Source of the DNA: an uncultured Clostridia bacterium
Lineage (GTDB): Bacteria > Bacillota > Clostridia > TANB77 > CAG-508
DNA length: 42,889 bases
NCBI GenBank assembly: GCA_947591055.1
Contig: CANQCW010000004.1
Span: forward strand, 1-42,889
Reading direction: 5' to 3'
Part shown: piece by piece, positions 18,172 through 27,683 of the stretch
Layout: every line of letters begins with the position of its first letter
Position numbering within the stretch: the stretch's first letter is position 1
Translations under genes and position numbers: made by a program
The notes under the pieces: model-generated
Seen by the model: only the letters and a program-made list of their open reading frames with translations
Told to the model about the DNA's origin: nothing
Databases searched by the model: none

Positions 18172-20115
18172 GTGAAGAAAAAGACTTTATTATTAACTAC
18201 ACTTGCTGGTTCTATGCTTATTGCTGGAATGGCAATGCCTACTACAAAGGCTGTTACTGATACTACAGCTATTGTTAATGAAGATAAAGAGATCGTTGCT
18301 GTTGAATTAGCTAACTCTGAAACTCAACTTTCTAAAGAACAATTAAAAACATTAATTGCCAAAGCTTATGAAGGCAAAAATTTAAAACCAGAAATTACTG
18401 TAGAAGGAGATGTTAAAACTGGTTCTACTGTAAAAGTTGGTGAAAACAAAACACTTACAGTTGTTGTTTACGGTGATGTTAATGGTGATGGTGCTGTTAA
18501 CTCAAAAGACGCTGTAGCTATTGCTAAACACTCAACAGGAGCAGAAACTCTTGAAGGTGCAGCTCTAATAGCTGCTGGTTTAGATAACAACACAGATAAT
18601 ATCAACTCTAAAGACGCTGTAAAAGTTGCTAAATTTTCAACAGGAGCACTTGAAGAATCTTTAGTTAAATCTGGTGTTAAAATTGAAGAAAAAATTAATC
18701 CAGAACAAGAAGTTCAGGAACACAAATGCACATACACACAAGGAGTATATGATAATATAGCAAAATCACATACATGGAAATGTACAGAATGTGGTGAATC
18801 TGGAGTAGAACCTTGTACATTTAGTGAATGGACATCAACAGATGGCAAAACTGCAAAAAGAACATGTCTATTATGTGGTGGTGTAGATACAGCAACCACA
18901 TTATCAGCTGCGTTAAGTGATGGAAGTACTAAAGAACTTACTGTAGATACAATAGATACTTCTGAAAATGAATTAACTATACCAAGAGGAACAACTGTAA
19001 CTGTAAATGAAGAAATAACAACAGCTAGTAATGATGTAACAGTAAATGGTACATTAGTTTTAAAAACAAAACAAGAAAATCTTAAATTAAAAGGTACAGG
19101 AACTGTTATCTATGCACCAGAAGTAGAAACACCAGAAGAATTTGCAGAACAATTTCCAAATGCCGAAGGTATATTAGGAGGAATACAAGCTGCAGATAAA
19201 GAAGCTGCAAAAGGCTTAAAATATGAAATAATAGTACCAAGCCTAAGTGAGGTACAAACAATAACAGAAGATACTCAAATAGAATTAGAAGCAGGATGGA
19301 ATTTAACAGTAGATTTAGGAAACAACATATTAACATCTAAAAACACAAATAATAACTTAATAAAAAATAGCGGAAATCTTACAATAAAAAATGGAACCTT
19401 GACAACTGCTGAGAAAAATAATAATCCTGTAATTAATGATCAAGGAAGTAGACTAACTTTAGAAAATGTTGATGTTAAAGGTAATAAAGGTATAAGAACA
19501 AATGGAAACTTAGGAGTTATTGGTGGAAAAATTGTATCAAAGAGTTATGATAATAATTCATATGCATTGGCAGTATTAACTGATGCAGAAACTCGTAGTA
19601 CTGCTGTGTTAAATAATGTAGATATTGTTGCACGAAACATCGGAGCATATATTGGAGGAGCTAATCATAGCTTAATTATGTACGGTGGAACGATAACCAC
19701 AAAAGGCTCAGAGAACAAAGATTATGCTTTAGCATCATACGCTACAGATGCAATTTTGAGCTTAGAAGGTACAAAAATACAATCTGACGACTTTGGTGTT
19801 TATTTACAAAATGGAGCAGAATCGGGTAAACCAGGTGATGTAGGAAACTTAGCTGAACTAAACAATGTCGAATTAACATCGGAAAAAGCAAGCATATGGG
19901 TAGCAGGTCAAAAAGATAGAGTAGAAGTTACAGGTGGTACAATAACAAGTAATGAAGAAGTAGTACTAAGAATATCTAGTAAAGACTGTGGACATAGCAT
20001 ATTAAAGGACTGTACTTTATCTGGTCACCCAACTGTGACATTTAATAGTAACATAACAGAGGAACAAAAGAATCAACTTGTTACTTTGACTGATGTAACA
20101 GAAAACAAAAAATAA
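18172..20115 (+). CDS. Expressed variable surface protein: constant region (signal peptide + dockerin, aa 1-~181) fused to a 470-aa variable cassette
   Basis: AGGAGG RBS and signal peptide. Duplicated GDVNGDGAVNSKDA / GLDNNTDNINSKDA dockerin repeats. Crossover motif at aa 178-181 (EQEV), then Cys/His pairs and beta-helix-like repeats. Confidence 0.88.
   Translation: MKKKTLLLTTLAGSMLIAGMAMPTTKAVTDTTAIVNEDKEIVAVELANSETQLSKEQLKTLIAKAYEGKNLKPEITVEGDVKTGSTVKVGENKTLTVVVYGDVNGDGAVNSKDAVAIAKHSTGAETLEGAALIAAGLDNNTDNINSKDAVKVAKFSTGALEESLVKSGVKIEEKINPEQEVQEHKCTYTQGVYDNIAKSHTWKCTECGESGVEPCTFSEWTSTDGKTAKRTCLLCGGVDTATTLSAALSDGSTKELTVDTIDTSENELTIPRGTTVTVNEEITTASNDVTVNGTLVLKTKQENLKLKGTGTVIYAPEVETPEEFAEQFPNAEGILGGIQAADKEAAKGLKYEIIVPSLSEVQTITEDTQIELEAGWNLTVDLGNNILTSKNTNNNLIKNSGNLTIKNGTLTTAEKNNNPVINDQGSRLTLENVDVKGNKGIRTNGNLGVIGGKIVSKSYDNNSYALAVLTDAETRSTAVLNNVDIVARNIGAYIGGANHSLIMYGGTITTKGSENKDYALASYATDAILSLEGTKIQSDDFGVYLQNGAESGKPGDVGNLAELNNVELTSEKASIWVAGQKDRVEVTGGTITSNEEVVLRISSKDCGHSILKDCTLSGHPTVTFNSNITEEQKNQLVTLTDVTENKK
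18702..18715 (+). repeat. Putative recombination site X (expression site)
   Basis: AGAACAAGAAGTTC, in frame as E-Q-E-V. Confidence 0.85.
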
Positions 20116-20175
20116 AAATTAATAATAAGTATTAGTGAACTTAATTGGATAATTAAAATTTATTCATTAAGAAAA

Positions 20176-20210
20176 CAAAAATATCGTACAAAAACTGTAC
20201 GATATTTTTG
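20176..20210. terminator. Bidirectional terminator between expressed cassette and cassette A
   Basis: CAAAAATATCGTACA-AAAAC-TGTACGATATTTTTG. Confidence 0.85.
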
Positions 20211-20247
20211 TATTTGATAACTTTTTAATAAACTATATAATCAAATT

Positions 20248-23200
20248 TTATTTGCTTATATCTTCAACTTTTATTGTTAGGTAATTTATCTCATTTGTTT
20301 CTTTATTTTTGAATCCAATTGTCATCTCTGGTAATTCAGCTTCCCACCAAATTAAAATTTCTGTATCTTTTAAATCAAGTGATGAACTTGCAGTTACATC
20401 ATCCTCTGTAACTTGGTAGCCAGAAACAGGACCATCTGTATAAAGTTTGTCTCTTGAAATTCCTGTATCAACAATTAAAGCAAAATATGTTCTATCATTT
20501 TTAGAAGCATTATCTTCTGAAGTATATGCTTTAGTTTTAGTCTTATCAATTTTTACCGTTATAGTGTTTGTTTTTGGATCTACTTCTACAGAATTTATAG
20601 CATCCATATTTTTAGCAAATTCAGTATTATGATCGTCTTCTTTCATTATTTCTTTATTAAGTGCTTCTTTCACTTCGCTAGTTTCTTCAACGCTTAATGT
20701 TTCAGATTTTTGATTTAAAGTAACAATTGATTTTTTATTTAGAGTAAACTCAATTTCGTCTGAGTTAGTTTTAACACTATAAGAAGCTTCATTAGCTACA
20801 GAAGGTACTAGATAATATCCAAACCAATCAAGAAGTTTTGGAGTACTTGTTAATTTTTCACCAACAACAGTATTTCCTGTATAAGTTTTGTCAGTTATCA
20901 AAGTAACAGTATATTTATCACTCATACTTGTGTCACCAACTACAAGGCTTTTGAATACTGCTTTAGATATATCAACTTTACCAGATTTTACTTCTAAGCC
21001 AGTAATTTCTTGAGCATTAGTAAATACTCTTACAGCATTAGATTTATTAGCTGAGATTTCTAATCCATCTTGATTTGTTCCAACAAATTCAACATCAATT
21101 TGTTTTTCAACTTTAGATGAATCAATTGATAATTTATTGTTAGAACCAGTAAATGTAAATTTATCACCTTCTACTATAAATGGATTTATTTTTGATTCTT
21201 GTTTTATTTTCACTCCATTGATAGTAGTTGTTGTTCCAGTAGTAACTTCTACATTAACTGGGCTTGATGTATCTAAAGTTAAATCCATATTATCTTTACT
21301 GATGATTACTTTTTCAACTGATAATTCAGATAAATCAAATTTTTTTGCAGTATCTACTGTAATTTCGTTTAATTCACCAGTTACAGTTGTTGTATAATTA
21401 GCTTCACCAGTTATATTGACTTTTGCAGTTTTTGCAACTTTTGTTAAATCATATGTTGTATCTTTCTTATCATCATCTGTTAATGTTAAAGCTGTTATTT
21501 TATCATTTACTGATATTTTGTCATTATTGTCCATTTGATCTAAAACACTTATTATATTTAATACTTCTGGATAAATATCAGAAGAATATTCAGTCATTTT
21601 TTCACCTACATATAATGTGTTATCTTTATATGTAACTTGATTTGCCCCAAGTTTTGGTAAAACTGGAGAATCTTTTTCCACTTTTACATATGTGGCATTA
21701 GTAAATGCAAGTGCTGAAATTGGTGTTGTAACTTTAGCTTCATTAGAATAATATTTTGAACCATTAACTTCAGTTACAATCATAAATTTATATTCTTTTC
21801 CTGGATTTAAATTTTCTGCTACATTATATGGTAATGATGTAATTGCAGTACTATCCTCCACATAATCTTTATCTGATTCCACATAGTATAATTTATAATT
21901 TACTAAACTTGCTCTATTTTTACTTAAAATATCAAATAAATTATTAGAATCTAATAAAGTTCCTTTTAATTGTACTTTTCCATCTTCAAGTACTGCTCTT
22001 AAATCTTCAATTCTTGCTCCTTGATAATATTTCAAATTAGCTTGTTTGTCGCTACTACCACTAGCTTTCTTTATTTCATCTGAAGATTTATTTGCCATTA
22101 AAACGTCATCTTTAGCATTTGCAGTTACTTTAAATGAATATGTTCCTGCACCATATTTTTCTACTATAGATGATATATCAAAATTTGAAGTTTCAGTAGT
22201 TGTTGCTGATGATACAACATTATTATATTCTTTGTTTGTCTTAGTTGAATCATATTTTAAAATTTCAACTGTATAATCTTTTACTTTTGCTACATCTCCT
22301 GTAGGTGTCCATGATATTTTCTTTTCATTTTTGTCTAAAGTAATTGTTATTCCAGTAAGTACTGGTGATGTTGTTATTGTAACGCCTGTAGAAGAAACAT
22401 CAGTATAATCTTCGTTATCTGCAACTGCTATAACTGTCATATTGAAAGTTCCAGCATCTTGTTCCTTTAATATATCAAAGAAATCAACTTCTTTAGTTTC
22501 TCCTTTATTTACAACTGTTTCATAAACTATTTTATTAGTACTGTCTTTTAATATAACTCTATATTCAACAAATCCTTCAGTTTCTTCATTAAAATCCCAT
22601 TTATATGTAGCTTCTTTACTTGTCTCTTTTTCTACAGTTACTTTGCCTTCCATTGCATTAGCACCTTTTTTAGCAACCTTAATAGCTACAACATCTTTAG
22701 AATCTGTTCCAGAAGCAGTTTTTGCTGCTAAATATACAACACAAGCATCGTCACCTATATCAGTTGGAATAGGAATACTTGTAGTTTCATTAAAACTATT
22801 AATTTTGCTTGTATTACTTGCTGAATTACCAATTATATCAGCAACAGTTGGAGCAGGTTCTCCTACTTTCTTAACTAAGTAATATACTGTATCATTAGTA
22901 TTGGTTGATTTTAAATTTGTAATACTAGCTTGTGGCTTTTTCTTCTTATCAGCAGTACGATTAGCTTTTTCATATGTTACAACTGGAGCGTTTGCATATT
23001 TAGTTGCCGCTGTACCATTAGCTACTGTTGAAACATTACCTTCACTATCTCTTACTAATGCTTTAAGAGTTAATGTTCCTTCTTCTAATGAGCTTAAATC
23101 ACCACTAATTGTTTCATTAATATTTTTTGTTGTTAATTCTTTTGTCAAAGTTAAAGTATTTGGTTCGTCAGCAGAATCTGTAATATTAACTTCAAGAATT

Positions 23201-23592
23201 ACTGGAAGAATATTTGTATTTCCACCATTGAAAGTTACATCCATATTAACATTTTTAACATTTGAGGAATTAATTTCATTATCATTATTTCCAGATCCAG
23301 CTACAACTTTAAGTGAAGTAGGAGCAACTAATTTTTTAAATACAAAAGTTTTAGATTCTTCAAAAGAATTACTTTCATCAGTTATAAGTAATACATTTTC
23401 TTTATTTTCTTTTAGCTGTGAAATGCCATTAATTTTATAAATATTTTTATTAGATGAATCTTGAGTACCATCTACTAGAATATCATTTAATTTAAATCTA
23501 ATATCTTGTACTTCTTTATTTAATTTTACTGAGATATTTCCGCTAGCTTCAACTTCAAAAGAAACAATTTCAACATCTAGAACTTCTTGGTC
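20248..23592 (-). CDS. Silent cassette A (1114 aa from DQEV), Ig/FN3-like beta-rich surface protein C-terminus
   Basis: Frame runs through the site (DQEVLD). Only 7 codons upstream, no RBS or signal peptide. FN3-like W / Y.V patterns. Confidence 0.85.
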   Translation of the reverse strand, partial: DQEVLDVEIVSFEVEASGNISVKLNKEVQDIRFKLNDILVDGTQDSSNKNIYKINGISQLKENKENVLLITDESNSFEESKTFVFKKLVAPTSLKVVAGSGNNDNEINSSNVKNVNMDVTFNGGNTNILPVILEVNITDSADEPNTLTLTKELTTKNINETISGDLSSLEEGTLTLKALVRDSEGNVSTVANGTAATKYANAPVVTYEKANRTADKKKKPQASITNLKSTNTNDTVYYLVKKVGEPAPTVADIIGNSASNTSKINSFNETTSIPIPTDIGDDACVVYLAAKTASGTDSKDVVAIKVAKKGANAMEGKVTVEKETSKEATYKWDFNEETEGFVEYRVILKDSTNKIVYETVVNKGETKEVDFFDILKEQDAGTFNMTVIAVADNEDYTDVSSTGVTITTSPVLTGITITLDKNEKKISWTPTGDVAKVKDYTVEILKYDSTKTNKEYNNVVSSATTTETSNFDISSIVEKYGAGTYSFKVTANAKDDVLMANKSSDEIKKASGSSDKQANLKYYQGARIEDLRAVLEDGKVQLKGTLLDSNNLFDILSKNRASLVNYKLYYVESDKDYVEDSTAITSLPYNVAENLNPGKEYKFMIVTEVNGSKYYSNEAKVTTPISALAFTNATYVKVEKDSPVLPKLGANQVTYKDNTLYVGEKMTEYSSDIYPEVLNIISVLDQMDNNDKISVNDKITALTLTDDDKKDTTYDLTKVAKTAKVNITGEANYTTTVTGELNEITVDTAKKFDLSELSVEKVIISKDNMDLTLDTSSPVNVEVTTGTTTTINGVKIKQESKINPFIVEGDKFTFTGSNNKLSIDSSKVEKQIDVEFVGTNQDGLEISANKSNAVRVFTNAQEITGLEVKSGKVDISKAVFKSLVVGDTSMSDKYTVTLITDKTYTGNTVVGEKLTSTPKLLDWFGYYLVPSVANEASYSVKTNSDEIEFTLNKKSIVTLNQKSETLSVEETSEVKEALNKEIMKEDDHNTEFAKNMDAINSVEVDPKTNTITVKIDKTKTKAYTSEDNASKNDRTYFALIVDTGISRDKLYTDGPVSGYQVTEDDVTASSSLDLKDTEILIWWEAELPEMTIGFKNKETNEINYLTIKVEDISK

Positions 23593-23624
23593 TAGCAAAA
23601 ACGTTGAAAGCATTGAAAATACTG
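23580..23624 (-). repeat. Putative recombination site A with extended 44-bp arm
   Basis: CAGTATTTTCAATGCTTTCAACGTTTTTGCTAGACCAAGAAGTT(C). Confidence 0.88.
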
Positions 23625-23791
23625 AAAAATTGCAATTAATAAAATTAAAAGAAGAATTTAAGTGAAATAAAACTAAAGATGGGAATAAAGTAAATTCTAT
23701 CTTGTTAAAATATATAGATATGAAAATAAAAAGCTGTAAATCTGCACGTTACAGTATCTACAGCACTAGCAATACAATGTTTAAATGTTAA

Positions 23792-25127
23792 TTATTTTTC
23801 CTTTAAATATCTTTTTAAAAGGAAAGTTAAAAAATATGGGAAAGTATAAAATTTGCCATTAAAACCTATATTTTTATATCCTAGCTTTATTCCATACTTA
23901 ATATCTTTATACATTTTATTGTCTATTAAATTATTTAGAGAAATAGTCGCACCATCAATCGCTTTTACTTCAACTGGAATCAAAGAATCTTTATCTCTAA
24001 TAAAAAAGTCCATTTCAATAGTACCCTTTTCATTTTTATAGAAATATAAGTTATAGCCCTCTTTTACAAGAGTATCTGCAACAATATTTTCATAAATGGC
24101 ACCTTTATAAGTATTAAAATTTTTATTATTTCTTAAATCATCTTGTGCTTCTTCATCTAGTGAACCAATTAATAAACCTGTATCACTAAAATATATTCTA
24201 TAATTATTAGGATTAAAATTTCCTCCAAGAGGAAGTTCTGGTTGTTCTAAACAGTAACAAATATTAATAATTCCACTATCTTTCAGCCAATCTATTGTTC
24301 CAATATATTCTCTGCTTCTTGCACCATGTTCTATCTTTGAAATTTGAAACTTTTTGTTTTCATTTCCTAAAAATACAGGAATTCTACGATACACATTAAG
24401 GACTTTAGCATGATCCAAGCCGACCAGCGTACTTAGTTATATCCTCTTCATAATCAAGAAGAATTTGCTTTTGCATTTTTAATGTTCCACTATAATTTTT
24501 ATTTTTTACAAATGAATTAACAATTGCAGGCATTCCACCTATTACCATATATTCTTTAAAATTATCAAACATAACAGAAAGCTCTACATCAGAAAAAGGA
24601 ATTAAGTTTTTCATATGATTATATAGATTTTCTATTTGCTCTTCTTTATATCCTTTAGCCCAAAGAAATTCTTCAAAGTCCATTGAATACATTTCATAGT
24701 CTTCTTTATTTCCAACGCTATTAGATTCAATTTCTTTATAGTTAATTCCCATAAGAGAACCTGAACAGATTACATCATATCTTCCATCTTGATTAAATGA
24801 TTTAAGAGATGTTGCACAATTAATACAATTTTGTAACTCGTCAAAAAATATTAATGTATTTCCTGGTATAAATTCAAAATTTGGATTTTTTAAAGAGATA
24901 TTTTTAATTATAGTATCTACATCAAAACCATCATCAAAAATATCCCTATATTGCTTTTGCAGTACAAAGTTTATTTCAATTACACTTTTATAATTATTTT
25001 TTGCAAAATATCTAATTGATTCTGTTTTTCCTATTTGACGTGCTCCTTTTACTATCAAAGGCTTTTTCTGTTGACTATTTTTCCATTCTATTAAATAATT
25101 ATCAATTTTTCTTTTTAAAAGTTCCAC
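23792..25127 (-). pseudogene. AAA_14 + DUF4143-type ATPase split by a +1 frameshift near 24422
   Basis: GARQIGKT Walker A and FFDELQ in the 5' ORF; DTGLL, ENIV, EMDF, PVEVK in the 3' ORF. Removing one C gives KYAGGLDHAKV. Confidence 0.8.
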
Positions 25128-25414
25128 AATTTTTCACCATCCTATATATATATTATATCACAAAATTCCTGCTATATGCAATACATTTTTTCACAAAATT
25201 CCATTTCTATATATGTTTTTCACTTTTTGCAATTTACTGCCAAAAGTATTGTTTTATATTGCAAACTTCTTTTAAAAAAACACTGAAAGTATTGAAAATA
25301 CTAGATAATGCGTGATAAATATATTAATTTTTATAAAAAAATAATTAAATAAATAGCACATTTTTGCTTTTTATATTATAATTAAATTATATTTAAAATC
25401 ATGGAGGTAGTGTT

Positions 25415-25777
25415 ATGCCTAGTAAACTAAAAAAAATTTTAGATGAATATACTGAAGGTTTATCTAATATTCTAGACAATAAAATAGAAAAAGTAATTTT
25501 ATATGGTTCTTATGCTCGAGGAGAGCAAAGTTCTAAAGAAGAAATTAGCGATATTGATATAATGATACTAGTAAAGTCTAATTCTAGTGAGATTAAAGAT
25601 ATAGAAAAAATAGTATTAGATTATAGTTATAATCTAGATTTAAAATATAATATTGTATTATCTCCTATGGTAGAAAATATTGATGTTTTTAATAAAAGAA
25701 CTAAATATATGTCTTTTTATAAAAATGTAATGAATGAGGGAGTTATATTATCTAAAGGAATATGTAAAGGAAAGTGA
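25415..25777 (+). CDS. Minimal nucleotidyltransferase (MNT), no HEPN partner; 3' end runs into an inverted mazF fragment
   Basis: LYGSYARG..SDIDIMIL; GGAGGT RBS. Confidence 0.85.
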   Translation: MPSKLKKILDEYTEGLSNILDNKIEKVILYGSYARGEQSSKEEISDIDIMILVKSNSSEIKDIEKIVLDYSYNLDLKYNIVLSPMVENIDVFNKRTKYMSFYKNVMNEGVILSKGICKGK

Positions 25778-25862
25778 TTATCTGTATTTGTAATAGGACA
25801 AACAATTGATAAATTTGTTTTTTCATTAAATATATTATTGCTTATTACAACAGCTAATCTAT
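25741..25862 (-). pseudogene. mazF: Internal fragment of a MazF/PemK toxin gene
   Basis: Translates YRLAVVISNNIFNEKTNLSIVCPITNTDNHFPLHIPLDNIT (MazF R.AVVISN...VCPIT core); no start codon; abuts site M. Confidence 0.8.
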
Positions 25863-25906
25863 AACTTCTTGGTCTAGCAAAAACGTTGAAAACCTTGAAA
25901 ATAGTG
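25862..25906 (-). repeat. Putative recombination site M (null cassette)
   Basis: 41/44 identical to site A; cassette frame reads DQEVID-stop. Confidence 0.85.
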
Positions 25907-26036
25907 AATAAATCATAAATTATTTGTTATAATATAAATAAAACATTTATATTATCTGTATCAATAATTTTATTGACATTGTAAATAAATTATGGTAAAA
26001 TACATATAATAAAAGAAAGAAAGGAAGTGTGTTATT

Positions 26037-26303
26037 ATGGCTCAAACAAATATTAATATAAGAATGGATGAAGATTTAAAAAAACAATTTGATAAATTTT
26101 GCTCTGATATAGGTATGACAATGACAACAGCTATTTGTGTATTTGCAAAAAAAGCTGTTAGAGAACAAAAAATACCTTTTGAGATTACAGCTGAAGACCC
26201 TTTTTATAGTTCTGCCAATATGAAAAGGTTACAAAAAGCAATTCAAGATGTAGAAGATGGAAAACTTACAGTTCATGATTTAATAGAGGTAGAAGATGAA
26301 TAA
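26037..26303 (+). CDS. relB: RelB/DinJ family antitoxin
   Basis: INIRMDEDLK..IGMTMTTA..REQKIPF; promoter TTGACA(25973)-17-TAAAAT. Confidence 0.9.
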   Translation: MAQTNINIRMDEDLKKQFDKFCSDIGMTMTTAICVFAKKAVREQKIPFEITAEDPFYSSANMKRLQKAIQDVEDGKLTVHDLIEVEDE

Positions 26304-26559
26304 AGCATGGCAAGATGAAGCGTGGGAAGATTATTTGTATTGGCAGACTCAAGATAAAAAAATACTAAAAAAAATAAACCAGTTATTAAAAGATATAGAT
26401 AGAAATGCTTATGATGGAATAGGAAAGCCAGAAGCATTATCTGGAAATCTTTCTGGATACTGGAGTAGAAAAATTGATGATAAAAATAGAATTGTATATA
26501 AAGTACAAAATAATCAAATTATAATTATTCAATGTGGTTCACATTATAGAGATAAATAA
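26296..26559 (+). CDS. yoeB: Txe/YoeB family toxin
   Basis: AWEDYLYWQ, GIGKPEAL, WSRKI..RIVY, HY; overlaps the antitoxin stop. Confidence 0.92.
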   Translation: MNKAWQDEAWEDYLYWQTQDKKILKKINQLLKDIDRNAYDGIGKPEALSGNLSGYWSRKIDDKNRIVYKVQNNQIIIIQCGSHYRDK

Positions 26560-26651
26560 AATTGTAATTGCTAATCATATAATAATACTAAAAATATAAT
26601 AATAAATATTGACATTTATACTATGTATATACAATGAGAGGAGTTATTTAT

Positions 26652-26891
26652 ATGACTACTACTATTCAAAAATGGGGAAAAAGCCAAGGTGTTAGAATTC
26701 CTAAAAATATATTAGATTCTGTTAATTGGACAGAATCGGAACAGATTACAATTGTAGTTGAAAATGGTAAAATAATTATGGAAAAAACAAAATTAAAAAG
26801 AAAAAATATAAAAGAATTATTTGAAAATTATGATGGAAAATATGAACCAGTAAAAATAGATTGGGGAAATCCGAAAGGGAAAGAAATATGA
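26652..26891 (+). CDS. mazE: AbrB/MazE family antitoxin
   Basis: IQKWGKSQGVRIPK, DWG.PKGKE; GAGGAG RBS. Confidence 0.88.
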   Translation: MTTTIQKWGKSQGVRIPKNILDSVNWTESEQITIVVENGKIIMEKTKLKRKNIKELFENYDGKYEPVKIDWGNPKGKEI

Positions 26892-27009
26892 TGCGAACAT
26901 ATTAAAGCATTAGAATTAAATAGTAGAACTTACCAAATATAGAACATTTGCCAGAAGATAATTGGCACAAGTTATAGACATTATTTATTCTGAAATAGAA
27001 AAAATATAA
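26892..27009 (+). pseudogene. mazF: Degraded C-terminal third of mazF, two frameshifts
   Basis: CEHIKALELNSRTYQ / IEHLPED / LAQVIDIIYSEIEKI* in shifting frames directly after mazE. Confidence 0.75.
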
Positions 27010-27116
27010 TTAATTAACAAAGAAAATTTAGATTTAAATATAATTTTTTATTCCTGATAATAAAATTCTCTTAAGCAATACATTAATTTGTACTTACTTA
27101 AGAGATTCATTTAATT

Positions 27117-27458
27117 TTATATATTTATAACAACTCCCTCTTTTTGAACATTAGTATAAAATGGTACAATATTAACTCTTGCATTATACTTATCAATATT
27201 TTTAATTAGTGGAGATATTTCAATTTCAAAATTATTTTCACTTTCAATATCATAAGCTATATCATATATTTTATCTTTATATTGTTCTAATTCTTTTTCA
27301 TTCAAATCAGTTAAAATCATTATATCAATATCAGATGATTTATTAAAATCTCCTCGTGCATATGAACCGTATAATATTATTTTTCTTAATCTATCTCCTA
27401 ATATAACTTTTACTTTGTAAATAAAATTTTGAATAATATTTTGTATTTCTATAGGCAT
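27117..27458 (-). CDS. Minimal nucleotidyltransferase (MNT), no HEPN partner seen
   Basis: LYGSYARGD..SDIDIMIL; AGGAGG RBS. Confidence 0.88.
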   Translation of the reverse strand: MPIEIQNIIQNFIYKVKVILGDRLRKIILYGSYARGDFNKSSDIDIMILTDLNEKELEQYKDKIYDIAYDIESENNFEIEISPLIKNIDKYNARVNIVPFYTNVQKEGVVINI

Positions 27459-27519
27459 AAGTATTTCCTCCTTGCATTTATATTAAATCACAAAAGAAAA
27501 AAATTCAATAATTTTAATA

Positions 27520-27597
27520 ATTTTAGTCGACACTTTTTAATGAATTTAATCAACACTTTTTAAAAATTTTAGTCGACATTTTTTTATATTTTTAGTA
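27520..27597. repeat. 23-bp-period imperfect direct repeats (TTTTAGTCGACAC-like), 3 units plus a partial
   Basis: GTCGAC at 27526 and 27572, ATCAAC at 27549, TTTTAGT ending at 27596. Confidence 0.6.
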
Positions 27598-27638
27598 AAA
27601 ATTTTTAGATCTTTTATGATATATTTATTGAAATCATC

Positions 27639-27683
27639 CAGTGTTTTCAATACTTTCAACAATTTTTCTAGACCAAGAAGTTC
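27639..27683 (+). repeat. Putative recombination site B with extended arm
   Basis: 39/44 identical to site A; core AGACCAAGAAGTTC at 27670-27683. Confidence 0.88.

Noticed and set aside
20829-20837. Extra CAAGAAGTT match inside cassette A
   Set aside because: Lacks the AGAM left arm, is antisense to the cassette and opens no ORF; chance match in AT-rich DNA
23594-27670. Track start codons at 23613 (ATG) and 27641 (GTG) as real starts for cassettes A and B
   Set aside because: They fall inside the 44-bp repeat, are not conserved between copies, lack an RBS and give no signal peptide
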